From: Chiloscyllium plagiosum
Taxonomy: Eukaryota
Assembly: GCF_004010195.1 (NCBI RefSeq)
Contig: NC_057752.1
Span: 8,867,292 to 8,887,291, forward strand
DNA length: 20,000 nt
Direction of reading: 5' to 3'
The notes under the pieces were generated by a model, which saw only the letters and a program-made list of their open reading frames with translations, ran no database searches and was not told where the DNA came from. The position numbers and the translations under genes were made by a program. This document shows, in pieces, positions 19,810 to 20,000 of this stretch; within the stretch, counting starts at the first letter, position 1; every line of letters begins with the position of its first letter.

Positions 19810-20000
19810 GAGAAAGTGAGGGCTGCAGATGCTGGAGATCAGAGCTGAAAATGTGTTGCTGGAAAAGCGCAGCAGGTCAGGCAGCATCCAAGGAACAGGA
19901 GAATCGACATTTCAGGCATAAGCCCTTCTTCAGGAATGAGGAAAGTGTGTCATTCTCCTGTTCCTTGGATGCTGCCTGACCTGCTGCGCTTTTCCAGCAA
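19810..20000. mobile_element. PLE-derived inverted-repeat element, truncated by the window end
   Basis: Homologous to 3423-3555; perfect 49-bp inverted repeat 19856-19904 / 19952-20000. Confidence 0.88.
19901..19937 (-). ncRNA. Minimal type-I hammerhead ribozyme motif
   Basis: attc-CTGAAGA-a-gggc-ttat-gcct-GAAA-tg-TC-gattc: intact core, GUC cleavage triplet, stem II with one G-U pair. Confidence 0.68.

Noticed and set aside
1..20000. CRISPR arrays, prokaryotic operons, rRNA
   Set aside because: No regularly spaced repeats or prokaryote-like gene density; the sequence is repeat-rich vertebrate DNA.

Overview
Vertebrate genomic DNA, very probably from a shark (elasmobranch), judged from HE1-type V-SINEs, HER1/CR1 LINE 3' tails and other repeats typical of shark genomes. 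Most of the window is nested, decayed retroelements: CR1-clade LINEs, L2 remnants, Penelope-like elements (PLEs) with GIY-YIG remnants, several SINEs and a hAT-like MITE. A 919-nt N gap lies inside a CR1. No complete host gene is recognisable. Two things stand out. (1) Six minimal type-I hammerhead ribozyme motifs, ranging from near-intact to decayed, in PLE-derived terminal repeats and palindromes; two of them sit in the arms of a 535-bp fold-back. (2) A CpG-richer, repeat-poor segment (~5.7-6.75 kb) with an ISRE plus GAS-, NF-kB- and PU.1-like sites, followed by phase-compatible micro-exons that may encode the N-terminus of an unidentified interferon/cytokine-inducible gene. Family names come from recalled motifs, not database searches.
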